This document shows, one piece after another, positions 62,501 to 64,000 of a stretch of DNA of 64,000 nt; the stretch's first letter is position 1; every line of letters begins with the position of its first letter. The notes beneath the pieces are model-generated. The model worked only from the letters and a program-made list of their open reading frames with translations, had not been told where the DNA came from and made no database searches. This stretch comes from Vicugna vicugna (Eukaryota). A program made the position numbers and the translations under genes. The stretch is from the NCBI GenBank assembly GCA_013265495.1, contig MU061578.1, positions 3,545,308 to 3,609,307 of the forward strand, written 5' to 3'.

Positions 62501-64000
62501 GGCCCATGGGACCCCACGTGCTCTGTGAGCAGGCGAAGGGGGATCCCACGTCTCTGGGCACAGAGACCACTGTGTGTGAGGCTCACTACTTAGCGCCCCT
62601 ATCCACGCAGGTGGTGGGCAATGCGTCAGCTACAGGGGATCCTCTGGGCTGAAACACGCAGTCGCTGATACTGTTTGTGTGGAATTTCACTGTGCCCACT
62701 CTCCAAATCCGGGAAAGCCTGTGACAGCTGCCATGACATCTGTCTGTGACAGCCCTGCAGGGGCTGTGCTGAGCAGGTGGAAGGGACTGTCGCAGGTCCT
62801 TCCTCACAGCTATTTCAGGCCTCAGGCATGACCATCCTCATGTCATGGCTGTTTCAAAACCAGAAAGAACCACAAAGTGGGTGCGCAAGGCAGGGGTTGG
62901 GGTGGGGTCCGGTGGGGGCCACAGCTGGGGCCAGAGGTCAGAGCACTGCAGTTGGCGCTCTCCAGAAGTTCCCGGATGCCTCTGCCAGGCTGAGGAAGGA
63001 TGACAGAGCGCAGCAAGAAAGTCCCTTTCTTTGGTTCTGCCCACGCTAATGCGATAAAGCAAATTAGAATAATTGCTCTCATCCCAGGACTGGGCTGGCT
63101 CGTCAAGGAAGTGGCAGCGACGCCCACTTGACTGTGGTCTTGGTGGGGCATGTCGCATTCCAACACTGATTTAATTACGTTAATTAGATTTTACTACAGG
63201 CACTGACTCTGAGAAAAAGCCCCTGACTGGAAGCCTCCTTTTCCTTTTTACTTAGCTCCTTCTCCTTGCTAACGGTGTCTGGCCTCCTTTGCTCACCTTT
63301 CAGCACCAGTGGCTGGAGCATCTCCAGGACTGACATGCCAGTGTGGAAACTGCTTTAAAGGAGTTCACCCACTCGGAGCAGTCCAGGCCTCCGAGGGAAA
63401 GCACAGGACCCAAACGCAGACTCCATGGGCTTCCTGGTGGCAGCCTTGATTCAGTCAGGAATTCTTCCCAGCAGAGAGACTCCATGGGCCCAGCCCAAGG
63501 TCCCAGCAAAAATGGGTACAGGTCTGGACAAAAAGAGGGGTGCCTGCTCTCCAGCGGGGCTCCAAGGGCTGCAGTGAATTACGACCCATCTGCTCCTCAT
63601 CCTCAAGGTGTGTGGAGTTCAATGGGCTGCATCTCACAGCGATCCTCATGTGAAAAAGCAAACTCATGATGGCTGAGCTACAAGTCACATGAAACAAAAC
63701 ACTCCCGTCTTAAATGTTCAGTTCCATGTGTTCTCATGGTTGTGCACAAGCAGGAATCCACCCAAAACAGGACACAGGCTTACGCCCCACAGGACATTCC
63801 CCATGGCCACTTCCATACCCGCTGGCCAGGAGGCCATCAAGGCCTGCCCCCACCTCCACTCTGTCCCTGGATCTGGCTGCCCTGGGGTATCACACACAGG
63901 GGCCGGTGCCCTGTGGGCTTTGGGTCCATCTGCGCTGCTGCCTTGGGGGCTGGACCCCTCTCCTGGCAGAGTGCTGTCCCTTGAGTGAATGCACCACAGG

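Noticed and set aside
1..64000. CRISPR array, operon, prophage or other prokaryote-type system
   Set aside because: The sequence is clearly mammalian (spliced gene, LINE/SINE/LTR content), and I saw no regularly spaced repeats or dense coding blocks.

Overview
Mammalian, GC-rich genomic DNA, most likely from a camelid, because it carries four copies of a tRNA-derived SINE resembling camelid Vic-1. The one supportable protein-coding gene is the 3' half of LMF1 (lipase maturation factor 1) on the minus strand. Its seven GT-AG exons (equivalent to human exons 5-11, 59571 down to the TAG stop at 31372) join into an uninterrupted 347-codon frame. Exons 1-4 lie beyond the right edge. Positions 1-31.3 kb are downstream intergenic DNA rich in old LINE-1, MaLR (MLT1) LTRs, MER3, a near full-length Tigger1 and a U6 pseudogene. 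The most unusual structures are (i) a three-level nested insertion at 26.2-27.1 kb, where an unidentified polyadenylated retrocopy sits in an old L1 and is itself interrupted by a SINE dimer with 3'-transduced sequence, and (ii) a TSD-bounded, internally rearranged L1 in LMF1 intron 6 that contains an apparently perfect 407-bp tandem duplication. Several candidate regulatory motif clusters (perfect DR1 plus forkhead, CTCF, homeodomain) are also present. I found no evidence for a wholly new biological system. Most ORFs in the supplied track are spurious products of GC-rich DNA. Comparisons to human LMF1 and repeat consensi are from recall, not from searches.
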